A DNA stretch of 64,000 nt from the human T2T-CHM13v2.0 reference genome, Homo sapiens (GCA_009914755.4 CP086569.2:5568001-5632000); one strand, 5' to 3'; counted from the stretch's first letter, positions 14,953 through 31,848 are shown. Numbers and translations: made by a program. The notes: generated by a model not told the origin, from the sequence alone.

Positions 14953-15848
14953 AGTTATCACTCTTAAGTACAAACCTCTGAAAATTACTAGGACATAAAC
15001 ACAATGCAGCCAAGTTCTTTGCTAAGGCATAACACTAGCGAACTTTGTTCCAATTCCCAAAAAGTTTCTCATTTTCATTGGAGACCTCATCAGTCTGGAT
15101 TTCACTGTCCATATCACTGTTATTGAAAAGAAGGTCTTGATCCAGACCCCAAGAGAAGATGCTTGGATCTCATGCCAGAATAAATTCAAGGTGAGTCTCA
15201 AAGTATAGTGAAAAGAGATGGTTTACTAAAAGCTACTCCGTTACAGAGTAGGCCATCCTTAGAAAGTAAGTGGAGAAATGCAACCTCTCTCTATATATAT
15301 GGGTATTGCTTATGAAAAAGCTAATCAAAGGTATGCCTATGTGCAGGTGGGGTGACAGCATGACAAAATTTATTATTGTATTGATTTAAGGAAAACTACC
15401 CTCGACAATTTAGCATGCAAGTAAAACAAAGCATACCTATAGTTACCTTGAAAACATATATTATTATGAGTATTGGGACCTCTGGACTTTCTTCTGTTGT
15501 AGGAGTGTGTCCTTGTAGGTATCTTTAGGCTGTATCCTCAACCATAAATATTCTAAGACCATGGGTCATGACTGAAAAGAAATGTGCCTTGCTAGTTTTA
15601 AGATGAAGTTGATTTTAAAATGGTGTCACTCTGGTTCTCCTAGGCTCCTGCTTCCCTCACATCACTATCAGGGTTTTGCTCACAACAATTTAACCAGTCT
15701 CTAAGAACTTTCTAATTTTTTTTCATCTTTCCATCCTCTTCTGAGCCCTCCAAACTCTTCCAACCTCTGCCCACTACCCAGTTCCAAAGTTACATCCATA
15801 CTTTCAGATATTTTTATAGCAATACCCCACTCCTTGGTATCTATTTTC

Positions 15849-16255
15849 TGTGTTAGACCATTCTTGCTTGCTACAAAGAACTATCTGAGACTGGGTAATT
15901 TATAAAGATAAAAGGTTTAATTGGCTCATGGCTCTGCAGACTATACAGGAAGCATAGCACTGGGGATGAGCTCAGCTTCTAGTGAGGCCTCAGGAAGCTT
16001 ATGATCATGGCAGAAGGCAAAGGGGGACCCAGCATATTACATGCAAGAGTAGAAGCAAGAGAGAGAGGCAGGTGGTACCACACACTTTTAAACAAACAGA
16101 GATCGTGAGAACTCACTGACTATTGTCAGGACAGCACCAAGCCATGAGAGATCCACCCCCATGACCGAAACACCTCCCACCAGGCCCCACTCTCAACATT
16201 GGAGATTACACTTCGACATGAGATTTGGGTGGGGAAAAACATCTAAACTATATCA
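15849..16255 (-). mobile_element. THE1-type (MaLR/ERVL) solo LTR
   Basis: Reverse complement of the THE1 LTR consensus is recognisable. ..ctgggtaatttataaag..aggtttaat..cctcaggaa.cttacaatcatggcagaaggcaaagg.. is present. The terminal motifs ..atgagatttgggtgggga..tatatca are the reverse complement of TGATATGGTTTGGCTGTGTCCCCACCCAAATCTCAT. Confidence 0.8.
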
Positions 16256-16438
16256 GCTGGTTTCTGGCATTCTTAAAAAACTATTTTGGCCTACATATTG
16301 TTCTCGTGATGCTTCCATGGGAAAGTTAAGTCCTGGAGCTTCCTAGCCCAACATCTTGCTGAAGTCATGCTCCAAAGAGATCATCTTTTGTCTATGGTTC
16401 CATAGTAATACATTTGTCATAGATTTAAATATCCATAA

Positions 16439-16825
<387 letters not shown>

Positions 16826-19339
16826 ATAACTAGTCTTAATATGTCATAGCATAGATTTGCCAACTTTTTATTTTTTATTTTTATTTTTTTGTGTGTGGTC
16901 GTCCCCTTCCTTCTTTCCTTCTGTCTCTAGAATTACTTAGCTGTTTCTGGTGCTTTGAATTTCAATATTAGGTTAAGAATCCATTTTTCAATTTGCACCA
17001 AAAAGCGTTAGAATTTTGATTGGTATCCTATTGAATCTATTTGTTAATTTGAGAAAGATACTGAATTTTCCATTCCTTGAACACAGTATATTTCCTCATT
17101 TATGTATGACTTTTAAATTTCTCTCTGCATGGTGTTTAAAATGTTAGTGTAGCTGTCTTGTACATCTTTTTCTTATATGTCATCCTTGGAATTTTATGTT
17201 TTTTGGTCACATTGAAAATTGTACATTTTGAAGATTTGTTGCTTATTAAAAATCATTTTTGATCAGTTAATCTGCATCCACTGACCTTAATAAATTCACA
17301 TTCACTCAATAATTTATTTGATTATTTTTATTTTGAACATACACAGAAATGTGTTTGTGACTAATGAGAGTTTTATTTCAATTCTTTATTTTTTTTTTGT
17401 TATTGTTGTTTTTTTTTCTTGTCCTGATTTCATAGTCTGTTAGGGCTGGTATATTTTTGGTTTGTCCTCATTTCTGAAGTATAGGCTCTTAAAACTTTCA
17501 AACTGGTTATCTGGTATGTTGATCAAGTTGAGTTACCAGATAAAATGCAGGAGAGCCAATTAAATATGGAAGTCAGATAAACATTAAATAATTTCAAGTT
17601 AAAGTATGTCCTAAGTATTGCATGGTACATGCTTACACTAAAAAATAATTGCTATTTAGCTGAAGTTCAAATTTATCGAGGCATGCTGGACTTTTATTTG
17701 CTGATTGCAGCAATCTTATTACCAAGATTCATCCTATTTTCTCAGCCTTAACTGCAGTATTTTTTTCTCTCCAACTCTGTGAGATTGCTAAGAGCTATGC
17801 TTGGCTTCCCAACCCTTTGCTTGTAGCTTTCTCTTGTTTTCCTCTCAACTTGTTCTTAGCCTCTTAGCCTCCTGTCAATTATGGAATGGAAAATGTACTG
17901 GGGACAAATTGCTACAGAATATTGGGCTGACTTCAATGTGCTTCCCTTTCCTGTGAGATCTTGGTCTTGAAATCCTTGGAAAACTTGGTAACTCTGTGAC
18001 ACTATTAAGTATATGTCGTCTACATTGGGTAATGCTTCTCTAGTTATTAATACTGGCAGAATCAGTCTAAAACAGTCTACATTAATATTACTGAATAAAG
18101 TAACCTTTTTCTTAAAACATTATTTGAATACTCAAGTAAAACCATTTGAGGTAGAATTTCATTTTTGCTCAGTTTCTCTAGTAGGTGCACGATAATTCAA
18201 ACTATCTATGTTTTATTTTCAGTCAGTTTTATATATGACATTTTAAGAGAAGTATATCTCAGTTGACTGAATTTTCATTTTATTGCTGAAAATATATCAC
18301 AATTTCTTACTGTCTTTAAATATCTGCTCTATTTGTACTTATGTGCCTTTTTATGTTCCTAACATTTTTTGATATGCCCTTTCTCTTATTTTTCTTTATC
18401 AGTTTGACCAGTGTTTTCCATATTATTAAACTTTTAAAAGTACTAACTCTTGGCTTTGTGGATTCTTATTCTATGAAGCATTTATTTTCTGTGTGATAGA
18501 TTCTTGATATTCTCATTATTTTCTCTTTTATTCTACTTTCTTTACATTGATTTTTTTATTACTTTCAAACTTCTGAAGTTAGGTATATATTTTAGTGTTT
18601 GTTATTTTTTAATACTTATCATTAAGATTATAAATGTTGCTAAAAGTAACATTTTGCTGCTGCGTCTTGAAAAGTTTTATAAGTAATATTTTTATTATCT
18701 TTCTTTTCTCCATAGTTTTAAAATTTCATTACAACTAATTTTTTGACCAAGAAATTATTGTGTGTTTTAAAATTTCTATAAATATGACTTTTTAGGGAAT
18801 GTGCTTAATTGATTATATCTTAATTGTAGTGTGGTAGCAAATATGTTACTTATGATTTTTTGGTTGAAATTTGTTTACATCATAATCTAAAATGTGAATT
18901 TTTTAAATTGTCTTCCTTGTATGTTTGAGGATAATGTATCTTCTCTAATATTTTGGTACAGAATGCTACATATGTTAATTATATTATAATTGTTAAATAT
19001 ATTTATACAATTTTCCCTACATACACAGCCTTTTAGATAACTTGATCTATCAATAATGTAGAATTAGTCTCCAACTATTGTGGCATGTTATTTCAACTTT
19101 TTCCTATCAACATATCAATTATGGCTTGATATATTTTGAGAACTTATTAGGTGAATAAGTATATCAAATTATCTAGAGAAACAGAGCTAATAGAATGTAT
19201 TTCTGTGTGTATGTGTGTGTCTACATGCACATGTATAAATGAAGAGAGAGACAGAGAGAAAGAGAGACAGATTTATTTTAAGAAATTGGCTCATGTGATT
19301 ATAGTGGTTGGCAAAACCAAAATCTGCATGAGGGGCTGC

Positions 19340-19690
19340 TGGCTGGAGATCCGGGGAGAAGCCAGTGTTGCAGCTCCAGTCTGAAAGCCATCAGGCTGGA
19401 GAGCCAGGGAAAATCTTATATTGGTGTTCAAGTCCAAAGTTCGTGTCTTGGAAGAATCTTCTCTTGCTCAGGGGAGGTTAGTCTTTTGTTCTATCCAGTT
19501 TAAGTGATTGGATTAGGTCCACCCATATTAGGGAGAACAATTTTGTTTACTAAAAGTCCACCAATTTAAATGTTAATCTCGTCCAAAGTTATCTTCCTGG
19601 AGACATGCAGAGATATATTTGACCAAATAACTGGGCACATTGGTTCAAACAAGTTGATACATAAAATTAACCATTATAAGAAGCTTAGAC
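19340..19690. repeat. Probable ancient LTR-type interspersed repeat fragment (family not assigned)
   Basis: The segment ..gattggattaggtccacccatattagggagaacaattttgtttactaaaagtccaccaatttaaatgttaatctcgtccaaa..gttgatacataaaattaaccat resembles a recurrent human repeat motif that I recognise but cannot name with confidence. Confidence 0.3.
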
Positions 19691-20409
19691 TTGTTATATT
19701 TTGGTAATTAAAATTTTATCATTATTTGCAACTCTCTTTGTTCTTAATAATGATTTTGTCTGATATTAGCTTTCTTTTAATTAGTATTTTCTTAGTATAC
19801 CTATTTCATGCTTTAACTTGTAACCCATCTGCATCTTTATACTTAAGAACTGTCTCTTGTAAAGACCTTTATAGCTATAGCCTTTACAATGCTGTCTGAT
19901 TATCTCTTACTTACTTGGTGAATGTAATCTACGTATATTTTATTGCAATGGTCATTATTATTATGAGGCTTATTTCTGCCATTCTAATTTTATTTGTATT
20001 TCTTCTGCATTTTCTATATGCTTGGCTTTTTATCTATTTAGTTTTTGTCTACTTTTGTTCTTTTCCCATATTTTCCACTTACTTGGAATTTATCTTCTTC
20101 ATTATTTAAGTAATTTTCATTGAATTTTTACCAAAATAAATGTATCAGTAATTACATAATTGCACAATCACAAATCTCAATCAACCTAAAAAATGCAGAA
20201 AACATGAAAACAAGCAAAACAACACAGATATAAAAAAGTAAATTTATCTTGCCTCACCTTTAGAATAGTATAAAGAACTCAGAACCCTTTAATCCAAAAC
20301 ATTTGCATCCTGATTCATGTACTACTTTTGTCTCCTATTTTATTTTTGTTTTTCTCTAACATCATGCATTACAAATTATTTTTATTAATTAAAAAATTAG
20401 TTTGAGACT

Positions 20410-20629
<220 letters not shown>

Positions 20630-23600
20630 TTGAATTTACACACCTGTTTATCATTGTATTTCATCACTAGTCTGCATCTCAAACTATTCGTCTAACATCA
20701 GCTGTTAATCCTTAGAAAGATGATTTAGTACACTATCTTTCCTTTTTTCTTTGCCTGAAAATATCCTTATTCCACCATTATTTTAAATGTATTGATTTTC
20801 TGGGTATATGTATCAGTTGTCTGCTTTTATATCACAAAACAGCACCATATATTTTATCAGATGATCATAATATGAATCATCAACTTGAGTTATGTTTAGT
20901 GGGATGGTTCTTTTGCTGATCTCATCTGAGGTTAATCATGTGGCTGTGCTCAGCTTGTGGATTAGCTTGGGAATGTTAGCCTAGGATAAGAATTGGAAAT
21001 CTCAGAACTTTTGACATTTTGAGTTGTATAATTTTATATTTCGTGGGACTTTCCTATGCATTGTAAAATGTTTATGATATTCACAGCCTCTCTCTATTAC
21101 ATGCCATGTAACTCCCAAAATTGTGACAACCAGAAATGTCTTCAAATATTGACTAGTGTCTTCTGACATTTCTGGCTGAGAGACATTTAGGATTTTAATT
21201 CTTACTGCTGCTGTAACAAATTAGCAAACAGTGATTTAAAATCAAAGAAAGAGGCGGAGCAAGATGACAGAATAGAAGGCTCCACTGATCACCTCCACCA
21301 CAATGACTAATTTAACAACTATCTCCACAGAAAAAAACACCTTCATAAAAACCCCAAATCAGGTGACTTCTCACAGTACCTGGTTTTATTTTCATATCAC
21401 TGAAAGAGGCACTGAAGAGGTAGAAAAAAAAGTTCTGCATCCCGATGCCACCCCTTCACCACCGCCAACAGCAGCAGTGTGGTGGTAAGAAGAGCATCTC
21501 TGGGCACTAGGGAAGGAAGGGCATGGCAATTGCAAGGCATTGAAATCAGTGCCGTCCTGTTACAGCACAAAGGAAAGTCGGATCAAACTCAGCTGATGCC
21601 TGTCCATGAAGGGAGCATTTAAAGCAGCCCCAGCCAGAAGGGAATCTCTAATACCAGCAGTTGGAAGGTGAGTTCCTTCAAACCTCGCCACCAAGGGCTA
21701 AACTACTCTGGGTCTGTAAGAAAACTTGAAAGGCAATCTAGGCCATAAGGACTGCCACTCTTAGGTGATTCCTAGTGCTGAACTGGGCCGAGAGACAGTG
21801 GACTAGGAGAGCAGGTGACTTACTGAGACTTCAGCCCAGCTGGGCCAGCTAAGGGAGTGATGGCATCACCCCTCTCCTAACCCCAGGTTGCATAGCTCAT
21901 GGGTCCAAAAGAGGCCTCTTCCTTTTGCTTCAGGTGAGGAGAAGGAAGAGTGGGGAGGACTTTGTCTTGTATCTTGGATACTGGCTCAGCCCCAGCAGGA
22001 TAGGGCACCAGCAAGGGTTTGGAGGACCCCATTCCAGGCACTAGCTCCTGGATGACTTTTCTAGACACACTGTGAAATAAAAGAAAATGTGTTGACTTTA
22101 AGTGAAAGACTCAGTCCTGGCAGCATTCATCAACTGGTAAATAAAAAGCCCTTGGGCCTTGAATAACCAGCAGGGATACTCAAGTACTACCTTGATTACT
22201 TTGAGTGAGCTCTAAAACTTGCTGGCTTAAGGCGAGACTCAGCACATTACCAGCTGTGGTGGCTACAAGGCAAAACTCCTTCTGCTCAAGCAAAGGGAAA
22301 AGAAAGGAGACTTTTCTTGCACCTTAGGCACCAGCATGGCCACAGGAGGGTAGAGCACCAAATGAGCACTTGAGGCCCTGATTCCAGGATTTGATACTTG
22401 AGCAGCATATCTGCACCTGCCCTGGGCCACAGGGGAGCCCACTGTCCCAAAAGAGTAAGTTCTATGCCAGGCAGCATTTACCACAAGATGACTTAATAAC
22501 GCTTGGGATTTAAGGTTGCATCAGTGGTAGTCTGACAGTATTCCCCATGGCCTGTGGTGGGGGTGGCTAGGCATTTTGTGGCTTGAGTGTCACCTCAGCT
22601 GCAGTACAATAGAACACCGGTGGATTTCTAAAGCTTTTGACTCTAGTAGTTTCTGACTCCCAGCTGCCACCTGGACCCACTCAGGGCCTGGGATAACTTG
22701 TTGCCCTAAAGGAAAAAAGACAGGCCTGGCTTCCTTTTCCATCTGCTCATTGTAGGTGCCCAGGTCCTTGAACAAATATATGCAGTAGTCAGGGAGGAGT
22801 TACAACAGGCCTTGAGTGAGACTCAGTATTGTGCTGGCTTCAGGTCTGAGGCAGTGTAGTCATAGTGGTGTTGACCACAGGTGTGCCAGATGTCACTCCA
22901 TCGCCAGCTTTATGTCACTTAGAACAGAGAGAGAGAGCGAGACTTTGTTTGGTGGACAACAAGTGAAGAGAGCAACAACCTTTGCCTGGTAATCCAGAGA
23001 ACCTGTCCAGATCTAGTCTAAGAACAACAAGGTGGTATCTCCAAGAGTCTGCGAGAACCACAGAGTTCCTGAGCTTGGGTTTCCCTCTAAAGCAGGTAAA
23101 GCTTAGATCACATCACCCAAGTTCTTTCAAATATCTGGAAAGCCTTTCCAAAAGGGACAGGTACAAACAAGCCCAGACAGTGAAGACTAAAATAAGTATG
23201 TAACTCTGCAGCACCCAGACACCAAAGAGCATCTGCTTACATCAACACTATCCAGGAAAATATGACCTCACCAAATGAAATAAATAGAGACCAATCTTGA
23301 AGAAGGAGGTATGTGACATTTCAAACAGTTAATTCAAAATAACTGTGTTGAGAAAACTGAAAGAGACTCAACATAACACAGAGAAAGAATTTAGAATTCT
23401 ATGAGGTAAACTTAACAAAAACTTTGGGATAATTAAAAAGAATCAACCAGAAATTCTGGAGCTGAAAAATTCAATTGTCATACTGGAGAACACATCAGAA
23501 CCTTTTAATAGTGGACTCGATCAAGCAGAAGAAAGAATTAGTGAGTTTTAAGAGCTATTTGAAAACGCAGTCAGAGGAGACAAAAGAAAAAAGAATAAAA

Positions 23601-24634
23601 TACAATGAAGCATTCCTATGTGATCTAGAAAATACCCTCAAAAGGGCAAATCTAAGAGTTATTTAGCCATTAAGTGAAGGTAGAGAAAGAGATAGAATTA
23701 GAAAGTTTACTTTAAAAGATGATAACAGAGAAATTCCCAAACCTAGAGAAAAATATCAACATCCAAATACAAGAAGGTTATAAAACACCAGACAGGTTTA
23801 ACCCATGAAGACTATCCCCAGGCATTTAATAATCAAATTCTCCAATATCAAGAATTTTTTTTTAAAAAAGGATCCTAGAAACAGCAAGAGAAAAGAAACA
23901 AATTACATACAGTGGAGCTCCAATATGACGGACAGCAGACTTTTTAGTAGAAACCTTAGGGTCCAGAAGAGAGTAAGTAGCATGCCATCTTTAAAGCGCT
24001 GAAGTAAAAAACAAAAACAAAAACGAAAACCTTTTACCCTAGAATAGTATACGTGGCAAAAATATCCTTCAAACATAAACGAAAAACAAAGACTTTCCTA
24101 GACAAACAAAAGCTAAGGGATTTAATCAATACCAAACCTGTCCTACAAGAAATGCTAAAGGGAGTACCTCAATCAGAAAGAAAAGGATGTTAATGAGCAA
24201 AAAATAATCACCTGAAGGTACAAAACTCACTGGTAATAGTTAAGTACACACACAAAAAAACACATAATATTATAACACTGTAACTCTGGTGAGTAAACTC
24301 TCTTGTCCTAAGCACAAAGACTAAATAATAAACCAATCAAAAATAATAACTTTTCAAGACACAGACAGTACAAGAAGATATAAATCAAAACAACAAAACA
24401 TAAAAGAGGAGGAACAAAGTTAAGACGTAGAATTTTTATCGGCTTTCTTTTGGCTTGTTTCTTTATGTTATAGTGTTAAGTTGTTATCAGCTTAAAATAA
24501 TAGGTTATAATATAATATTTGCAAGCCTCATGGTAACTTCAAACTAAAAAACACACAATGGATGCACAAAAAAATTAAAAGCAAGAAACTAAAACATATT
24601 ACAAGAGAAAACCACCTTCACTAATGGAAAATAT

Positions 24635-24795
24635 GGAAGAAAGAAAGAAAGAGAGAGAGGGAGGGAAGGAGGGAGAGGGCGAGGGAGGGGGAAAGGGAGG
24701 GGGAAGGGGGAGGGGAGAGGGGAGGGGGAGGGGGAAGAAGGTGGGAGGGGGAAGGGGAGGAGAGGAGAGGAGAAGAGAGGAGAGGAGGAGAAAGA
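24635..24795 (+). repeat. Polypurine (GA/GGA/GGGAGG)n low-complexity tract, about 160 bp with 2 pyrimidine interruptions
   Basis: ggaagaaagaaagaaagagagagagggagggaaggagggagaggg..ggagaggagaagagaggagaggaggagaaaga seen directly. Confidence 0.9.
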
Positions 24796-24894
24796 CCGCA
24801 AAGCAACCTTAAAGCAAACAAACAACAACAAAAAGTGGCAGGAGTACGTCCTTACTTATCAATAGTAACATTGAATATTAACGTACTAAACTCG

Positions 24895-25312
<418 letters not shown>

Positions 25313-27791
25313 CTATAAGAAACACACTTCACCTATAAAGACATATATATCCTGAAAACGTAGGGATGGAAAAATATTTCATGCCAATGGCAACCAAAAT
25401 ATAGCAGGAGTCGCTATACTTATATCAGACAAAATAAATTTTCAGACAAAAACTATAAGAAGAGACAAATAAAGTCACTATATAATGATAAAGGGGTCAA
25501 TTCAGCAAGAGGATATAACAAATTTAAATAAATATGGTCCCAACACTGAAGCAACCAGATAGAATTAAAAAATATCATCAGAGCTTAAAGAGAGACAAAA
25601 GTTTGAATACCACAATAGCTGGAGACTTCAACATCACACTTTTCAGCATTGAACAAATCTTCCAGACAAAAAAGAAGCATCAGACGTAATCTGCACTATA
25701 GAACAAATGGATATAATATGTATTTACAGAACATTTCATCCAATGGCTGCAGAATACACATTCTTTTCCTCAGCACATGGATCTATGTTAGGTATAGTAT
25801 AGACCACATGTTAGGTCACAAAACAAGTCTTAAAACACTCAAAAAAAATTCAAATTGCATCAGCCATCTTCTCTTGCCACAATAAAATAAAACTAGAAAT
25901 TAAAAACGAGGAATTTTTGAAACTATACAAATACATGCTTGTGAATGACAAGTGGGTCAATAAAATATTAAGAAAAAATTGAAAAAATTGAAACAAATGA
26001 TAATGGAAAAAAGCATACAAAAACCTATGGTATATGGCAAATGCAATAAAAGGGCATTGAATAGCTACAAGTGCCTACATCAAGAAAAAGGAAAAACTTC
26101 AAATAAACAATCTACTGATGCATCTTAAAGAACTGGAAAAGCAACAGCAAACCAAACCCAAAATTAGCTGAAGAAAAGAAAAAATAAAAATCAAAACAGA
26201 AATAAAGGAAATTGACATAAAGAAAACAATACAATAGATAATGAAACGTGAAACATAAAAATGGTTTATTGTAAAACAAAATTGACAAATTTTAACCAGA
26301 GTAAGAATAAAAGAGAGATGATCCAAATAAACTCAGACATATAAAAGTAGATGTTACCACTGATATTACAGTAATTAAAAGAAGCGTTAGTGTCTCCTAT
26401 GAGCAACTATGTAACTATGGATTGGAAAATCTTGAAATGGATAAACTCCTAGACACATACCACAATCAAAATAAGAAGAAATCCAAAACCTGAACAGACT
26501 AACAAGAAGCAACAAGATCAAAGCCATAATAAAAAGTCTTCCAGTAAAGAAAAGCCCGGGACCCTATGGCTTCACTGCTGTATTCTACCAAACATTTAAA
26601 TAAGAACTAATACCAATCCCATTCAAACTATTCCGGAATATAGAGGTGGAGGAAATACTTCTCAACTCATTATAGGAGGTCAGTATTGCCCAAAACCAGA
26701 GAAAGACACATTCAAAAAAGAAAACTACGGGCCAATAACTCTCATGAATACTGATGCAAAAATCCTCAAAAAAATACTCGCAAACCAAATTCGACAATAC
26801 TTCAGAAAGATCACTCATCATGACCAAGTGGGATTTATCCCTGGGATGCAAGAATGACTCAACATATGCAAGTCAATCAATGTGATACATCATGTCAACA
26901 TAATGAAGGATAAAACAATATGTTCCTTTCAATATATGCTGAAAAAGCATTTAATAAAATTCAACATCCCTTTATGATGAAAAAAAAACCTTCAAAAACT
27001 GGTTATTAAAGGAACACACCTCAACATAATATAAGCCATATATGACAGACCCATAGCTAGTGTCATAATGAATGAGGAAAAACTGAGTCTTTATGAGATT
27101 GGAAGATGATAAGGACGCCCACTTTTGCCAGTGTCATTCAACATAGTATGGAAGCCCTAGCTAGAGTATTCAGACAAGGGAAAAAAATAAAAAGCATCTA
27201 ATCTGGAAAGGAAGAAGTCAAATGTATCTTGTTTGCAGATGATATGATCTTATACTTGGAAAATCCTAAAGACCACAGAAGAAAATGATTAGAACTGATA
27301 TGTTCAGTAAATTTGTAAGATACAAAATCAATGTACAAAAATCAGTAGCATTTCTATATGCCAACACTGAACAATCTAAAAAGAAAAAGTAATCTCATTT
27401 ACAATAGCCACACATAAATTCAAATACCTAGAAATTAACCAAAGAAGTGTAAGATAGATATAATGAAAGCTATAAAACATTGATAAAAGAAATTGAAAAA
27501 AATATTCTATGTTCCTGAATTAAAAGAATTAATACTGTTAAAATGTCCATACTATCCAAAAGTAATCTACAGATTCAAGGCAATCCCTGTTGAAATCCCA
27601 ATGACCTTTTTCACAAAAATATTTTTAAAAAATTCTAACATTTATATAGAGCCACAAAAGACCCAGAATAGCCAAAACAATCCTGAATAAAAGGAACAAA
27701 ACTGGAGGAATCAAATTACCTATTTTTAAATTATACTACAGAGCTATAGCAACCAAAGCAGCATGGTACTTGCATAAAAACAGACACATAG

Positions 27792-28062
27792 GGCCAGGTG
27801 CGGTAGCTCACGCCTGTAATCCCAGCACTTTGGGAGGCCAAGGAGGGAGGATCACGAGGTCAGGAGATCGAGACCATCCTGGCTAACACGGTGAAACCCC
27901 GTCTCTACTAAAAATACAAAAAAGTAGCCGGATGCGGTGGTGGGCACCTGTAGTCCCAACTACTTGGGAGGCTGAGGCAGGAGAATGGTTTGAACCTGGG
28001 AGGCAGAGCTTGCAGTAAGCCGAGATTGTGACTCCGTCTCAAAAAAAAAAAAAAAAAAAAAA
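27792..28062 (+). mobile_element. Alu SINE (AluY-like, with a small internal 3' deletion) nested in L1, target-site duplication cagacacatag
   Basis: ggccaggtgcggtagctcacgcctgtaatccc..poly-A 28041-28062. Flanked by a(a/g)cagacacatag on both sides. Confidence 0.9.
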
Positions 28063-29638
28063 GCAGACACATAGAAGAATGAAATATAATAGAGAACACA
28101 GAAACAATCCACACATCTACAGTGAACTAATTTTCAACAAAAGTGCCAAGAATATACACTGGGGAAAAGATAGTCTTTTACATCAATGGTGCTGGGAAAA
28201 CTAGATGTCCACATACATAAGAATAAAACTAGAACACTGTCTCTCACCATATACAAAAATCAAATCAAAACGGATTAAAGACTTAAATCTAAGATCTCAA
28301 ACTATGTAACTACTAAAAGAAAACTTTGGGAAAAATTTCCAAGACATTGATCAGGGCAAGTATTTCTTGAGCAATACTCCACATGTACAGGTAACCAAAG
28401 CAAACATGGACAAATGGCATCACATCAAGTTAAAAAGCCTCTGCACAGCAAAGGACACAGTCTTGAAAAGAAGAGACAACCCACAGAGTGTGAGAAAATA
28501 TTTGCAAATTACTTATCTGACAAGGGATAAATAACCAAAATATATAAGAAGTTCAAAGAACTCTATAGGAAAAAAAAAAATATATATATATATATATATA
28601 AAATAGTTCTACTAAAAACTGGGCAAAGGATATGAATAGATATTTCTCAAAAGAAAACATACAAATGACAAATAAACATAGGAAAGGGTGCCCAACATCA
28701 GTGATTATCAGAGAAATCCAAATCAAAACTACATTATCTCATCTCAGTTAAAATCGCTTATATAAAAAAAGCCCAAGCAGTAACAAATGCTAGTGAGGAT
28801 GTGGAGAAAAGGGAACTCCTGTAAGCTGTTGTTGAGAATGTAAATTAGTACAACCACTATGAATAACAGTGTAGAGGTTCCTCAAAAAACTAAAACTAGA
28901 GCTACCATATAATCCAGTAATCCCACTGCTGGGTATATACCCAAAAGATAGGAAATCAGTATATTGAAGAGATATCTGCACTCTCATGTTTGTTGCAGCA
29001 CTGTTCACAGTAGCTAAGATTTGGAAGCAACCTAAGTGTCCATCAGCAAATGAACAGGTAAAGAAAATGTGGTGCATATACACAATAAAGTACTATTCAG
29101 CCGTAAAAGATAATGAGATCCTGCCACTTACAACATGGATAGAAATGGAGATCATTATGTTGAGTCAAATAAGACAGGTACAGAAAAACAAATGTCATAT
29201 GTTTTCACTTATTTGTAAGATCTAAAAGTCAAAACAATTGAACTCATGGAGAAAGAGAGTGGAAGGATGGTTACTAGAGGTGGGGAAGTGTAGTGAGGAG
29301 TTGGGGAAAGGTGGCAAAGGTTTATTGGCACAAAAAAAAATTAAAGTATAAACAAGGTCTAGTATTTTATAGCACAACAGGGTGACTACAGTTGATAATA
29401 TTTTTCATCTTAAAATAACTAAAAGAAGGTGACTGGATTGTTTGTAACACAAAGGGAAAATGAATTGATTGATACATCGTTCTCCATGATGTGATTATTT
29501 AATACTGCATGCTTGCATCAAACCATCTCATGTACCTATAAATATATACACCTACTATATACCCACGAAATTAAAACAAAAGATACAAAAAATAAAACAA
29601 CCCAAATTTCACCACAAAATACCACAAATTGCTAAAAA

Positions 29639-29671
<33 letters not shown>

Positions 29672-30308
29672 ATCCTGCACAAAAAAAAAAAAAACAATGC
29701 TGGAACAATGCTGGAGGTATTGCACTGCCTGATATCAAACTGTACTACAAAGTTGTCATACCCAAAACAGCATGTCATACAAACCGGACACAGAACAATG
29801 GAACAGAATAGATAACACATAAATAGTCCATGAACTTACAGCCAACTCATTTTCGGCATTGCACCAAGAACATACATTGGAGAAAGAATAGCCTTTTTAA
29901 TAAAATGATGCTGGGAAAACTGAATATCTCTTTCAAAAGAATAAAACTAGATCCCCATCTTTTGATATGTAAAACTAGTAAACTCAAAATGGACTAAAGA
30001 CTTAAATGCTAGGCATAAAAATTTGAAACTAATATTTTTAGGGTAAAATCTCAAAAGAACAGAAAACAAAAGCAAAAATAGACAATTGTAATGACCTCAA
30101 AATAAAAAGCTTCCACACAGAAAAACACACACATGTAAACACACACACACACACAACAAAAAACAAAAAACAATGAACATGGTGAAGAGATCACCTGCAA
30201 AATTGGATTACATGTTAACAAACTATATAACAAGATATTAATAACCAGAATATATAAGGCACTCAAACTCAATAGCAAAAATAATAATCCCTTTAAAAAG
30301 TAAACAAA

Positions 30309-30635
<327 letters not shown>

Positions 30636-31553
30636 TCAAAAAAGACATGCAAATGGCTAAGCTGTATGAAAAAATACTCAAAACTAATCATCAGGAAAAC
30701 GCAAATCAAAACCACAATGAAATGTCTCACCTTACCTAGAATGGAAATCATAAAAAAAAAAAAAAGAAAATTACAAATGCTGGCGAAGATGTGAAGAAAA
30801 CAGAATGCTCCTACACTTTTGGTGGGACTGTAAAGTAGAACAGCCATTATGGAAAACGATATTGAGGTTCCTCAAAAAACTAAAAATAGAACTACCATAT
30901 GAAACTCACTGCGAGGCATTATATATCCAAAGGAAAGAAAATAAGTATATAAAAGAGATATCTTTACTCTCATGTTTTCTTGCAGCACTATTCACAGTAG
31001 CCAAGATCTGAAATCAACCTGTGTCCATCAATGAATGAATGGATAAGGAAATTGTTATATATATATATACAATGAATATTATTAAAATAATTTTAAATAA
31101 AATAGTAGAACCCTGTCATTTTTAGCAACATGGATGGAACATGAAGACATTATGTTAAGTGAAAAAAGTCAGGCACAGAAAGACAAATACTGCATATTCT
31201 CATTCATAAGCAGAAACTAGGAAAGTGGATCTAATAAAGACAGAGAGTAAATAGGGTTATCAGAGGCTGTGAAGAAAAGGAAAGTGATAAAGAGAAATTG
31301 GTTAATGAATACAAAAATACAGTTAGGAGTAAGTCCTATTGTTGGATAGTACAATAGAAAATTATGGTTAACAATAATTTCTTGTATATTTCAAAATAGC
31401 TAGAAGAGAAGAATTGCAGTGTTCCTGACACAAATAAAAGGTAAATATCTGAAGTGATGAATATCACACTTACCCTGATTTAATTATATGTATTGTATAC
31501 AGATATCAAATTATCACATGTACCACAAAAATATGTACAGTTATGATGTATAA

Positions 31554-31848
<295 letters not shown>

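Noticed and set aside
24589-24831. ORFs on both strands encoding Pro/Ser-rich and Gly/Arg/Glu-rich peptides
   Set aside because: Produced by the polypurine/polypyrimidine tract. Low-complexity artefacts.
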